In this document: in pieces, positions 12,953-25,713 of the stretch
How positions within the stretch are numbered: the stretch's first letter is position 1
Layout of the letters: every line of letters starts with the position of its first letter
Assembly (NCBI RefSeq): GCF_009834535.1
Contig: NC_045698.1
Location: 58,652,001-58,716,000, forward strand
Direction: 5' to 3'
Source: Camelus ferus
Lineage: Eukaryota
Length of the DNA stretch: 64,000 nt
Position numbers and translations under genes: made by a program
The notes under the pieces: generated by a model
Databases searched by the model: none
The model's input: the letters and a program-made list of their open reading frames with translations, nothing else
Told to the model about the DNA's origin: nothing

Positions 12953-13797
12953 GGTTTGGTAAATCCATAAATCACTGAACTATAATGTAGTAGTAACTGA
13001 AAATAAGAAAGCCAGAAATATGTCTGTTTTTGGAAAGATAAATTTCAGCATGGCAATCAGGATCTTTGGTGACATAAAGCTCGGCTGATGGACCATGGAC
13101 CATTTCACATGACTCCTCACAATAGTTATCATGCTCTTAGGAATTCAGTCTTAAATAACCAAGCTAATATTTTTGTCATTTTCACAAAACTACAAAGGCA
13201 TACATAGAAGAAAAAAATTATAATAAAAGTAGAGCCATTGATTTAGCTAAGGAAACCTCAGCAGAACACACTTAACGCATCCATGCATATATTAACCCAG
13301 GTATAGTTGCTGATGGGTTTGTCCTTGATAAGATGAGCTTAGTTTTGACTGTAAAATGGTTTGATTGAAAATTACTAAGGTAAACTGAGGCACTGACTTG
13401 ACAACTCTGATCTGTATGTCCTTTTCAGGGTAAATTACATTATTTAAAGACTTATTCTTGGAAAACAAATAAACACAGACACCTTAAGTTTATTCATATC
13501 ACTTTCTCTACCTCCAGTATAAATGATTTTATAAAAATTATTAATGATGCCACCAATATTTCAACTGAAATAATTGGCCCACATCATTATATATCAAACC
13601 CAACCAACTTCTGGGTCTCAAAGTATTGGCACTCTGTAGTTGCCATAATTCTGAAGCCTCTTGTGTCAGTAGCTTCCTTGGAAACACACTGACAGGAAGA
13701 GGGTTTAAAGATAAGTTGTTCACATAGGATGGCATTTATACTGATTTTTATTATTATTATTCCACGATATTCTCTACTGTGGACCCTTGATGCGGAG

Positions 13798-13925
13798 CAG
13801 TGCTTCCCAAACTTCCATGTTCAAAAGTATCACTTGTCAATATGCATATTCTGATTCAGATTTGGGATCTGCGTTTCTAATAAGCTCCCAGTGATGCTGG
13901 TCCCTGAACCTCTCTTGAAGTGGCA
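13798..13925 (+). mobile_element. MER5B-like hAT-Charlie element
   Basis: cagtgcttcccaaact...attctgattcag...gcgtttctaataagctcccagtgatgctggtcc matches the MER5 family. Confidence 0.7.
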
Positions 13926-15902
13926 AGAATACTGAGAATGTACAGGAGAAAGCCTCGCTCCTCCCCCATCCTGGGAGCTTTCTGCTTTTTAATTCCGCAT
14001 GGCATCTGGTACAAGGGTACTGGGAACCAAAGCATTTGTTTCAAAGAATGTCCTTCTTTCTCTGTGTTGTCCCTAATCGCTAAAAATTCCAGTCATTGTC
14101 ACATCCAGAGAACTGTTTGTTTTAATGGCTAGTGTAGTTCTTCAGATAAGTTGTTGGTAACTCATTTGTTTTCAAAGTTTTGAAAAGGAGCAATAAGCTT
14201 TTTGGAGAAAATCTCCAATCAGTCCCCTTTTAACAGTGAACCTGGAGAGATACACTGCCCTTGCCTGGCTGTGTTGCCTGAAACCAACAGAGCCTTGCAC
14301 AGACCAAGGTGAGAGAGGATTTGTGGCTGGTTAGGCTTTCAATCACTGAGTGTGAGCAGGACACTCTCCTGGGATTGGTCAGAATACGGCCAGGGCAGTC
14401 TTCAGGGAATGACCACTTCATTTTACTCCTAATGAGGTGGCAATGCCAAGCTGCTGTGGATTTACCCAAGGTGTTGTGTAGGCATTTTTTAATGAAGCCT
14501 CAGACACATTTTACATGCTTTTCCCCAGCAGCCTAACCATGCTTCAAAGTTTCCATCTTTTGATTGATCTGACTCATCTTGTTTGGGGGTGAGGGGATCG
14601 GGGGAAAGAGTCTGTAGCTGGTTTGGAGGCAGATCCCACAAGAAAGTGATCAATTTTGGAACTGAATAAAGATCTCATTTGTGCGTGCTAAGTCTTTTTG
14701 GTAGTGTTAAATATTTTTGTTCTGTGTTTTCGCCATCACTTCCCCTTCCTCGGACCACTCATTAACTCTAGCCCCCAGCAGTTCATTTTGCTGCCTTTCC
14801 CTCCCACTACTTCACTTTATTTGTTTAGCTGACAGGCTTTTGAAGCAAGGCGGCTAAAGCCCACAAGAATTCCTGGCTTTTCTCCTCCTTCATTTTTGTC
14901 ATTATTAGGAATATGGACAAGGTGCTAGTCTGTGCGTTCCATCTGAAAATTGTGCTGCAGACGTTATCTCTTGGGAAAGAACCAAATTGCTTCATAATCG
15001 TTATGGACCTGATTCTGTGTAACTATTCAGAGACAACATTTTTGTTAGTGCCAAGGGGAGTTTTGCCTTCATTTAAGGTTATAAGATCAAGTGGTAAAGG
15101 TATTTATAGCCACCTCACTCTCTCCCAAAAAATAAGTTAGACTAGATGTCGGGGGAAAATTACTAAATGTGCTGTAGATGCTTTTATTTTCACTGAGATA
15201 AACCAATGAAAAGTCTTACAAAGAGAACAAGGAAATTAAAATTGCTGACTAGTGTTTCAACTAACAGATATATTCTTTCTCACTTTTCATAATAAAACAT
15301 ACATTTTACTTGGGGGACACAATAGGATATAAAAATGACCGACTCTCCTTTCTTAGATAAACGTGGACTGCATCTTCTGGTCGTTTGTCCTTCATAGCGC
15401 TCAAAGAGCCAAAAAAGTTACCAGGCCCTGTGGAGGTCAACTGCATTCAGACAAGACAGTCTTTCCCCAAAAATGTACTGGCATTTTTGTCAGCGGCCAG
15501 CTCACTCCGTTTGTGTCTTCCCAGTCCCTCTTTCTTGTTTTCCCTCCTTTCACTTCACCTACAAAAATGTGATTATGGAATAGAGGATGAATCAGAGAAC
15601 TCCAAGCCGGAACTTCTGCTCTATTCTTATTTTACAGCCATTCCCCTGGTGGAAAATGCTTGACCTTTCTGGTCTTAATTACTTCATTTATAAATGAGTG
15701 GGGTGGATTAGCTCTATCTCAGGTTTCTTCTGGATCAAATACCCCGTGATGAGCACAGGTTATAAATTTTACATCAATATTTAACTTTATCTACATAATG
15801 GGGAAGCTGAAAAGAGAAACGCCAATCAGTATACTGTCCTTTCCATTTCCTATACAACTCTGTAGACCTGTTTGTGATTTTTCAAAAAAAATTAAATAGA
15901 GG

Positions 15903-16290
15903 AGAAACTTTGAACTTAGACAGACTTTTATTAGATTGCTGGCTCTGTAAGGTGACTTTGGGCAAGTTACTTAATCTCAAAATAGAAATTTATAATTGAC
16001 TCATCAGTAAAATTGGGATTCTGAAACCTATCTTATAGGATTGTTAAGAGAATAAAGCAAGATTTCCCTGCCAGACACGTAACTGTCCAACGAATGCTCG
16101 CTGTTCTGACTATATATTATGCCCTACAGAGGTGTGGGCGGTAGTGAAAAGAATGTCCGTTTAGGTATTAGGATGTGGATCCTAGTTCTAATTCTTCCAT
16201 AACTAACCAAGTCATCATTTTCTCATTTATTAAATGAAGTACTTAACAACAGGATCTTTAGCTCATTCTAGCCTAAATTTTTCACGTTTT
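15903..16290 (+). mobile_element. Two adjacent MIR SINE fragments
   Basis: gtgactttgggcaagttacttaatctc...catcagtaaaattggg, then a second copy ggatcctagttctaattc...ttttctcatttattaaatg. Confidence 0.6.
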
Positions 16291-17394
16291 AAATATGTGT
16301 GAAGATTACATTGAGGTTTGTGTCATTCAAAATACAGATATTCTTTTTAACAAAATGTCAAATACTCTTGATTGCGTTAAGCCTTTATTAGACCATTTCT
16401 TGCTCATCTCTGATTTTGCTTGTAAATATTCAACTTTATTTTTCTGATGTCTGCATTAGTAGTACTTAGAATTAATGTAGATTTTTCAAGGACAAAAAAA
16501 ATTGATCCACATTAGAAAACCAGGTCTTTGAATTTTATAACAAATGACATTGTAAAAATATTAAAATGAGAATTTTATTTTTTAATATTCAAATAAACGT
16601 CTTTGTAATTTGGCTTATGAAAAACAGAAAGAAAAAAATATAAAAGGACCTCAACAGAGTAATCATTAAACACACAAACATACAAAACCCTTGGATTGGT
16701 AATATAATATGTTTTTTACTTATTCAAAATGAACTTGTAATAAAATATGATAAAAACCAAACTGGCACTCTTTTCTGTGTTGAACGTTAGTGTCAATTTA
16801 TATTTTCAAGTCCACACTATTTTACACTCTTAGGTATCCATTGGGGTCAAATCTTCATCTGGTGGTTGGATAGCTTTCATAAAATGAGACCTTGATACAC
16901 AATGACTTATTGATCAATAAGTTTCCTGATTTGAACAGAACAAATCTCTTCAACAAGTTATCTTTTGTACCATATATATTTACCCTACACATTGACAGTC
17001 ACTCAGTAACATCTACATGACTATAGCTGAGTTTTACAGGCACAATGATGGCTTGCCTTGAAAAATATCTGGAAGGTTGTGGGTTAATGCTGCATTTGAA
17101 ACCACCAAACTATCAATGGCAGATAAAGGTCCGAATCTATTTGCTAGAACAAATTTCTCTCCCCAAAATGACCTGGGAGATTTATGTTCATTTTAGAGGG
17201 GAAAAAAAAATGCTGCTAAAATGTCAATGAAATTTTTCAAACGGCTATAGAAAAGAGTGTTGTTGGTGCATCACCTGATCATAAAAACATAAAATGTGAA
17301 ATGAAATATATTGTGTGATGAAACGTATATACATATTCTTAAAGACATCTTGAACCATCATTAAATCATATTACTGTTGATTTTCATTTAAATA

Positions 17395-17590
17395 AGGGTT
17401 GCAAACTGAAATGCCTTCAGGGCCTAAGCAAGTACCATAAATGTAGGAAGGAGTCAAACTACACAATTGAGAGAGGTTAGCACTGCGATTTACAGGACAG
17501 CATATGCCTCACCTAAAACCATTCAAACTACATTAAAAACAAAATGAGACTGTGGTAACCATATTAAACACATCCAGGGGTGGGATTCTT
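17395..17590 (+). mobile_element. MER102-like hAT-Charlie element (internally deleted)
   Basis: agggttgcaaactgaaatgccttcagggcctaagcaagta resembles the MER102 5' end. Confidence 0.55.
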
Positions 17591-18444
17591 TGAAATCAAT
17601 AAGAAACTCGAATTCATGCAAAAGCCTTGGAGCTGCGTTCCTGCTTTAAACAATGGATAGTGAGTTGATGCTGGACTAGGCTGAAGGGGAAAATTAATTA
17701 ATTTCAAGCCTTCAGAAGTCATGAAAGGTGTATATCATATCTAAAGCACAGAGCCAAGACACTTCCTCAGTTTTCCATAAAGGAAAAAGGAATTGAAACA
17801 CTGATTGAATTTTTCTTCTGATCCTTGGCTCTAATAATAAAAATTCCATAATCATAGCCGAAAATCTGGACACCAATGACATCTGAGACAGGGTTATCAA
17901 TTTCAAGGTCTTTCAACTTCTCTGGAGTAGGGACATCAATGTAAAAACAAAAAGAAGATGATGAAGGAGGTGGGGTAAAAAAGAACAAGAGAGGAAGGAA
18001 GAGGAGACAGAAGATCAGGATTGTTTCCTCTGGCACCTAAGTGTATGAGGTTTGACTGAAACAAATACACCAAGTCCAATTCAGTCAGCATGCTGCGCGC
18101 CGAGACAGTGGAAGCATGTGGTCAAAATTTTCTCCTGTCTAAACGGCCACATCCAATTTATCAGTTTATTTTACCTTCAGGCAAATTGAATCATTTTCCT
18201 ACACATCTGGTTGATAGTTAATCACTCCTAAAATGACGGACAAAAGTGGTCTCCAAGGCCTCTCCGCCTGACCCTTACAGGGATGGCTGGACTGGCGGAG
18301 GGCTTGTACTTGCTGGCATTTTACAAGCCGGGTTCTCAAATGTGAGGTATCTCATCCGTTATTTCCATATGTTGGTGGGTTTTAGTGGCTCTGTTTTAGG
18401 TGTGTGCAGTACTAAAGAATGTTAGTCAATATATTTTGAAGCAG

Positions 18445-18660
18445 TCTAGAGATGGGGTTTCAGATCCTGGCTCTGCCTCTTCCTGGCTGTGTGGCCTTAG
18501 GAAACTTACCTAACCTCCCTAAGTACCTTCATCTGTAAAACGGCCTTGAACCTAGTTTTTCCTCAGGGTGATGGCAAGGTTAGCTGCACTAACGAATGTG
18601 TGTGAAGTGCCGAAAACAGCTGTGACACCCTGGAAGTGAGCGCTCAGTAAACATTTCCTT
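18445..18660 (+). mobile_element. MIR SINE
   Basis: ttcagatcctggctctgcctcttcctggctgtgtggccttaggaaacttacctaacctc...catctgtaaaacgg, a classic MIR core. Confidence 0.8.
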
Positions 18661-19739
18661 CCCACACTCAAAAAGAACCAATAATTACGGCAAATCAACT
18701 TCAAGACTTTCAAAACAAACTCACTGATTACTAGGATCAATTCAACTGCTCTCTCTAGTTAGAAATAAAAACCCTTAAACAGAGAAACTTTAGATCAATG
18801 CCTGAGTGGAATGTAAGAATTTAATAGCCAGCGAGGATCAAGGGTAAGAGCTCCTAGAAACTTGGAGACTGTAAGGGACTAAATGTTTTGAGAGTTATGT
18901 GCAGAAGCTTCTAGAAGAGGAATAGCACTCTCTGCAAGGAAGACAAAGGTGAGATTCTGACCTCGGCTTAGAGAAAGAAGGAACTTCCAGTAAAAGAATC
19001 TCTATTCGGCTAGGATTGCCAGCTAGCTGTATGACTGCTCCTGGTCACCAGTGATAAAGCTGTGCCTGAAATATGCTTACTGCATTCAAAAACAATCAGC
19101 CAGAGCCTTATTATTTCAATTTCTTGATTAGAAGAACCAAAGGACCCTTACTTCCCCAGTCAAGTGAGTAAGTGCTGGCCAATTACCAAAATCTAAATTT
19201 AATAAAATTGTATTAGTCACCTTCCAAGGTGTCATCTCAGAGCAATGCTGAGATCAAAACCCTGATTTAAACAAGCCAAATCAATTGCAGGATGCCAGGT
19301 GGCTCATGAGTGAAGAGAAGCTGCTGACATGAGGGTATGTAGCTCTGCTGGTAAAGGAAAAGCATTTTGCCTCTTAGGGGTCAAGTCCCAGGCATAACCT
19401 TCTTGTCCAAACACATCGTCTTTCAGACCCTGGGCTATATTTTGTGTTTGTGCATAGTTGCCAGCAAATAGCAGTCAGTGCCCAATAAATGTTTTAGGCT
19501 ATTGTTCTATGCAGTGGTTAAGCAAAATCTTTAAGAACAATGACCTGATAACCAGGATGAAGTAGCAAAAACAACAAACTTAAGGATCAGAAAAAAAAAA
19601 TTGTCTTTGGCCTCACCTTTCTAAGCTGAATAATGGAAATAATGATAACTGCTCAGCCAACGGCAAAGGGTATAATTTTGTAACTCATGACAGTATGCCA
19701 AGGAGTATAAAACACTATGTAAATCCAACATTTACTTAA

Positions 19740-20660
19740 GTAATATGCACCTAACGCATGGCAGGCACATTTCCAGGCTCCTAAGACAGAACAGAAAATA
19801 AGTAAATCTGTCTTCTTAAGGAACTCATAATCTAGCAGGGGAAACAGAAAACAATCAATAGATGTTTAAAAAAACAAGTATCACCATATGTCAAAAGGAA
19901 TAGGTATAATGGAAAGAGAAAGAAAAAAATGGAGCCAGATAAAGGGGCTTAGGAGTGTGAGGCTGGGGAGGGGATTGCAAAATGAACAAAGGATGTCAGG
20001 TTAGAGTTAATCTCTTTATGAAGGTGAAGCTTGAAGAAAGACTGGAAAGTGGCGAGGGAGTTGGAATTTCAGATATCTGTTGGAGAACTCAGCAGGTCAG
20101 ACAAATAGCTCTAAGGCAGGAGCATGTAGACTGTGTGGGTGGAGCAGAGTGAGTTGGGGGAAGAGTGGTCTTGGTGGAGAGGTAGCATGGTTCAGATCCT
20201 ATAAGGCCCTTTGGGCCATGGTAAGGACTTTGGCTTTTACTCTGAGTGGAAAAGGAAGCCATCGCAGGGTTTGAACAGAGGAGTGGCATGCTCTGACTGT
20301 TATTTTGGATTATCTTTTTTTTGCCTGCCATATTAAACATACACTTAGAGGATGGGGTAGCCAAGAGTACAAGCTCTCTACTATACCTCCAACTGGAGGT
20401 GTTGAGTAGACAGTTAACTATATGAATCCAGAGATCAGAAGAGAAGTCCACAGATATAAATCTGGAAGCTATAACATATGGATGGTAATTAAATCCTTGA
20501 GACTGGACAAAATCACCAAGGAAATGAAACAGAGAAATGAAGAGATCCTAAGGACTGAGCCATGGGGAACTCCTCCGATACGTACTTTGTTGGGGATATG
20601 AGAAGGACCCAGCAGAGGAGACTGAGAAGGGTAGCTGGTCACACAGAAGGCAAATCAGGG
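19740..20660 (-). mobile_element. L2 LINE fragment (about 0.9 kb)
   Basis: Antisense L2 hallmarks: ggccatggtaaggactttggcttttactctgagtgg, gccatcgcagggtttgaacagaggagtggcatg, aaggactgagccatggggaactcc. Confidence 0.85.
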
Positions 20661-20835
20661 GATGGGGAGGCATAAATTGGGAGTTCCAGATTTGCAGATA
20701 CACGCTACTATATATAAAATAAACAAGGTCCTACTGTATAGCACAGGGAAATACATCCAATATCTTATGATAACCTATACTGAAAAAGAATATGAAAAGG
20801 TAAAATAAATAAATAAATATATATATATATGAATT
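20661..20835 (+). mobile_element. Cetartiodactyl/camelid L1 3'-UTR fragment, lacking the terminal segment and poly(A)
   Basis: ggggaggcataaattgggagttccagatttgcagatacacgctactatatataaaataaacaaggtcctactgtatagcacaggg...gaaaaagaatatgaaaagg is a typical young L1 3' UTR. Confidence 0.85.
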
Positions 20836-21474
20836 CCAGAGGGTACAGTGGGTTTCATGAAGTAGGAAGTGGTCGGAGAGGGAAACAGGTCAGAGGACGT
20901 GCGACAGGAGGGGCAGGGCCTGGGACACGGAGCTTCTTGGGATGAGTGGCAGGGATAACGGGAAAGATGTGATTCGCACAGGTGGATTCAAGCAGAACAC
21001 GGTGCCAAAGGGGTAACTGTTAGGAGATCAGGGGGTTTGGATCTCTTTATCTCCCTCTAGACCCTTGGTGCCAGAGGCCAAGAGGTCTTGGGAAGCTGTG
21101 GATCATCAAAGTCCAAAGCCATAAACTCAGCCTTGACACCTGTGGATAGAAGTGAGACTTCCAAGGAAGTTGGATTTTACTATAACTCACAATCCCTTTC
21201 TTTACCCCAGAGGACAGTAGAAGGCTGAGAGAAGGCACATTAAAGTTTCCCCTTAGACCTCTACTAAGAGAGGAGAGGAGTTACCACAAACACTCTGACT
21301 CTCTTTTGTCCCCTCTTGATAGAATTGAGGACTTCTGGGGAAGCCAGCTCTGATTTCCACCATTATGATGGTGATCTAAGACCTTAGAGGAAGTGTGGCC
21401 TCAAGAAGATATAATCAATTGAAGCCCTCTCACTAAACAAATAGGATAAGAAGGTGTGGGATGGGAGAAAAGAA

Positions 21475-21640
21475 TGGACATTCATTGAGTACCTATTATG
21501 TGCCAAGTTACCATACATTCATGTTATATTGCATTTAACCTACAATGTTGTGGTTAAGTAGGATTTGCCACCTCATTTATAAACAAATGACACACTTGAG
21601 CTGCTTACTCTGGGATTTGAGACCAGGTGTGACTCCACTA
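21475..21640 (-). mobile_element. MIR SINE fragment
   Basis: cattcattgagtacctattatgtgccaag...cctcatttataaacaaat...ctgggatttgagaccagg. Confidence 0.6.
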
Positions 21641-22164
21641 TGGAGATTTTGTTGGGATCATCTTCCCTACGTACTTCCATTCTTGCAGTGACTCACACTT
21701 AAGGATAGTATGTCTAATTCCAAATATTTTATAGGAGCTGCTATACATTTTTAGTAATTATTCTAAAATAGCTAATTTACAGCTTGAGTTTTAGTATGTT
21801 TGCTCATTGGTTGAATGGGTCATTAATTCAATCTCTTTTTTCATTCAGTAAATGTGGGTGTTTACTATGTGAAAAGCACCACAGTGTACTTCTGTCACAC
21901 TTGGCATTAGCTGTCCAACTTGGCTGACTGAATCTCATTTTATTTTCATCTTTAATGTAAACTTTTTTTACATGTGAATTCTAAATGCCACAAATGTGTC
22001 AAATGTTGTAGAGTCAGAGCAAAAAACATCCTTTTGGATATTTAAAAATATTAGGTCTGTAATATATTTATTTGAAACTTTGAATAGAGGTTTATGTTTT
22101 AACAATTTTATTTCATAAACATAATTTTGTAAATTCATGTGGTCAATTCACTAAAAACTCCAGT

Positions 22165-22430
22165 GCAATGATTAAGAGTTCTTGTTCTGAAGTCCAGCAG
22201 ACCTGATTTAGAATCTCGGCTTCACATAGACTAGCTATGTAAATTTGGGCAAATTTATGAAACTCTCTAAGCTTTGGTGTCTTCATTCATTAAATGTTAA
22301 TAACAATAATGCCTACTTTACAGTATTTGTAAGGCTTAAAAGAGATAATGAGGGAAAACCTTGTAGCACAGTGCCTAGACTATATTAGAGGTTCACTAAA
22401 TACTATCTAGTATTATTGCTTTTATCATTA
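22165..22430 (+). mobile_element. MIR SINE
   Basis: agagttcttgttctgaagtccagcagacctg...ctagctatgtaaatttgggcaaatt...cttgtagcacagtgcctagac. Confidence 0.75.
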
Positions 22431-22900
22431 ATTCAAAACACTGTCAGCAACATAAAAGTGAATGAGGCCTGATCCCTAATACCAAAGAGCTGACAGTTCA
22501 GCAAAGAAAACTAGGCATATACAAATAATCATTAAAGCAAGCAATACAAGTGCCATAAAAAGGGTCTAAATCAAGTGCAGGGGAGAATAAATCACTTCTT
22601 ACCTGAATAATCACGTAAGATCTTGGTTGGAGTTGACCATCAGTTCACAGTTTTTGAACCATAGGCTGAGGGAAAATGAAAGTGAATCTGGCAACTTGAG
22701 GGATGATGCTAAACTAACACCAGGCAGCCATCAAAGCAGCCCAGGGAAGACATGTGGCTTCTTGGGGCAAAACCAGAATCCAATATTCACTTACGAAGAT
22801 GGGCAGTTGTAAGAACCGAGGAATGAATTTTGGAATCAGAGCTATGACCAAAGCCAGGTCAAGAGTGTGCAGAAGCAAATAAAGCATCAAGATTTGTTGT
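22430..22900 (-). mobile_element. L2 fragment
   Basis: gatccctaataccaaagagctgacagttcagc...aagtgccataaaaaggg, decayed antisense L2. Confidence 0.5.
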
Positions 22901-23754
22901 GGACTTTAAAAGAAGACCCTGTTGCCAGAACTTATTTTTAGCACTAAGTCTCTGCACAGATTTCTTTTTAAAATAGCAAGAGCGCAACTTTTCTGCCACC
23001 TTGTCCCCCATCTTAAAGGAAATCATCTGCCATTGGCCAGGCAGAATTTGGGAAAAGAGGTGTCTGTAGTAAGGAGGCTCCCCAGTGAGGACAAGGGCAC
23101 AGGCAGTAGTGCAGAGGCGGGAAAGCCAGATGGGGGAATGGCCATTCAACTTTGGAGAACTTGGGGTTATACTCAAGAAAGAAAATCCTCTATGTAAAGC
23201 AATGACTACTGGGGGCAGAGTGAGATTTTAAAAATCAGTTTGCAGTTTGCCTTTGCCATTGCCTTGCTTTCTGTTTCAGAGTTGCACTCTGTAAAGACTG
23301 TCGTATGCCACTCTCTCAGCCTCCCTGCCCATTAGATGCTGTTATTTTTGTCTTGGGCTCATTAAACAAAGTACTGGCAGGGTACAGGCTCCGGCTTCCC
23401 TTGAAAGTGACTTCATCTATTGTAATCATGTTGTGCGATAATGTAACAGTAAGCTCTCTGTCAGAGCTCTGAGTCCTAAAATAGAGCAGCAGGACCTTGC
23501 TTACTCCGCCTGAGCACGTCACCATTGTATTGTGGTTCTGACAGCACTGGCAAGGAAACCCAGAGGTGGGGCGCGAGCCGTTTGTTCTCATCTCAAAGAA
23601 CGTGTAATATTGTAATAGTAGCCAGAAGCACTCCCAGAGGAAGAGATGCTCATATAGAATCTAGACTTTACTTCAAAAATGTGGGGCACAAAGACTGGCT
23701 GATTAGAAAGGCGAGAGAAAAGCTACTTAAGATTGGAGGCTGGTTGTCTTCTGG

Positions 23755-23995
23755 ATTTTTAGAGCACAGGCCCTGGAGTCAGACCAGTCTGGAACAGAAT
23801 TTTAAGTCCCAGATCAGGGATCTCAGGTAAGCTAGTTATCCCTCAAAACCTCAGTCTCTCATCTATAAAATGGGAGACTGTTCATGCCTATCTCAAAGGG
23901 TTCTTGCTGAAAAGATATACTATGTAATGTATAGGAAGCACTTAGCTCTTGCTTGGCGTACAGTAAATACTCAGCAGATCATTACTATTATTCAT
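23755..23995 (+). mobile_element. MIR SINE
   Basis: agagcacaggccctggagtcagaccagtctgg...cctcagtctctcatctataaaatggg...cagtaaatactcag. Confidence 0.8.
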
Positions 23996-24449
23996 CCAAC
24001 CACAAGAATCCTGTATTGCAAAAAGAATTGATAACATATCTGTTTTATGAGGCTGGAGTTTTGTTCCTTTAGTTCATTGCATACCCAGGTTGATACAAAC
24101 ATGAGTTAAGAGTTGATTGTGTCCCAGAAAGAAGTTTCCCAAAGGCTGGAGGGCCCACCAAAGTTCTCTGTGTTCACTCCATGGTGATCTCCCCCTTGTT
24201 CTTGAACGTTCTATCCTCCTAGCCCAGTGGTACTTTCCCACTGACAAAAAGGACCAAAATCCTGGCACTTTGAGTTAAAGGTCATTGGGGTGTTGGGTCC
24301 CCACCTCCTCAGACCAGAAGGAGAACAGACCTGGCCATCTACAACAAAGTTCATGACACCACACTCTCTAAAGGGACACATGTTGTCCAGTAAAATCAAG
24401 TAAAAGAAGAACTGGTGAATTTAAAGGGGGAAAAAAGCCATTGAACCCT

Positions 24450-24646
24450 AGAAGAACATCTGGAATGGTTTAAATGATCAGAACTGCCTGGGTGCTGATT
24501 TAAAAAGCAGATTCCTGGACTTCTACTTCAGGCTACTGAATCAGCGCCTCTGGGGACGTGGATTCCCAGAACCCATATTCCAGACAAGCCTCCCCAAATG
24601 ACTCTGGGTTAGGTGGCCCTTGTCCTCCACTTAGAGGATCACTGGT
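24450..24646. mobile_element. MER5A/B-like hAT-Charlie element
   Basis: aaaaagcagattcctggac...ctactgaatcagcgcctctgggg...ccccaaatgactctg...ttagaggatcactgg. Confidence 0.7.
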
Positions 24647-25494
24647 TTGAATAAAGCTTAAGGTACTAGGGAAATCTGAGAAAGTCCTACGTACAAAGAA
24701 GCCCAAATGGCTGAAGTCATTAAGGGAAAAAATACAAATAAAAAAAAAAAACTTCAGCCTGTTTCAGCTCAAGTAATATAGGTTAGAGAAAAGGTGGGCT
24801 CTTTAGGATGCCTCAGTTGAATTTTATTATTACTTAGGATGGTGAAAGACACTTAATTAATCGATTTGGCTGCACTATCTTCTTGGACTCTACTGTGGCA
24901 GCTTTTTAGATATGTCAACATTATTCATAAGGAGCAATAATATAAGGCAATTCATTTTTCTAGGCCACTCATGCTGTAAGACATCCAGTATTAATCAGCT
25001 CTTTACAGTGCAAGTAGTAAAAAGTAAATTAAAACAAATAAGAAAGAAGAGCTGAGTGGTTAGTCAATCTTTTGTTTTTCTACAATTTAAATTAAAATTC
25101 CAGCAGGACCTAAGACTTCTGTAAGCTTCAGCCTAGGGAATTTGCATCTCCTGGTTCTTTTCCCCTGTTTGATTCACCTCTGTTGCGAGGACAGCATTTT
25201 TTTATTTAATTTTTTTCAGGATTGCCACGTGTTTATTATAAGGATTTCCTTTTATTTGAGGGAATACAATCCTTTGCTTCAGCCAGAGCACAAGATGGTA
25301 GATAACAATATTCATTATCATCATGTGTGGGTGAAATTTGGACAGGGATCTGGATAGGGTAAAGGGAGCAATGTTATTTTTCCTTAAAAACAATGACATT
25401 TCTGTGATTTTTTTTTTTTTACTTTACTGGGGTTGAGGTTTTTCTTTTTTTACATGTAATGATAAAATATTGTGATAGATGGCAGTTCTTCTCT

Positions 25495-25713
25495 NNNNNN
25501 NNNNNNNNNNNNNNNNNNNNNNNNNNNNNNNNNNNNNNNNNNNNNNNNNNNNNNNNNNNNNNNNNNNNNNNNNNNNNNNNNNNNNNNNNNNNNNNNNNNN
25601 NNNNNNNNNNNNNNNNNNNNNNNNNNNNNNNNNNNNNNNNNNNNNNNNNNNNNNNNNNNNNNNNNNNNNNNNNNNNNNNNNNNNNNNNNNNNNNNNNNNN
25701 NNNNNNNNNNNNN
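25495..25713. other. Assembly gap (N)
   Basis: Directly read; pyrimidine-rich flanks suggest an unresolved CT-rich simple repeat. Confidence 0.98.

Noticed and set aside
16290-16950. AT-rich stretch possibly from an old DNA transposon coding region
   Set aside because: I could not match it to a specific family or find TIRs by eye, so it is not reported as a feature.
17712-18036. Possible processed pseudogene
   Set aside because: No parent protein recognised in any frame and no poly(A) or TSD; retained only as a splice-acceptor observation.
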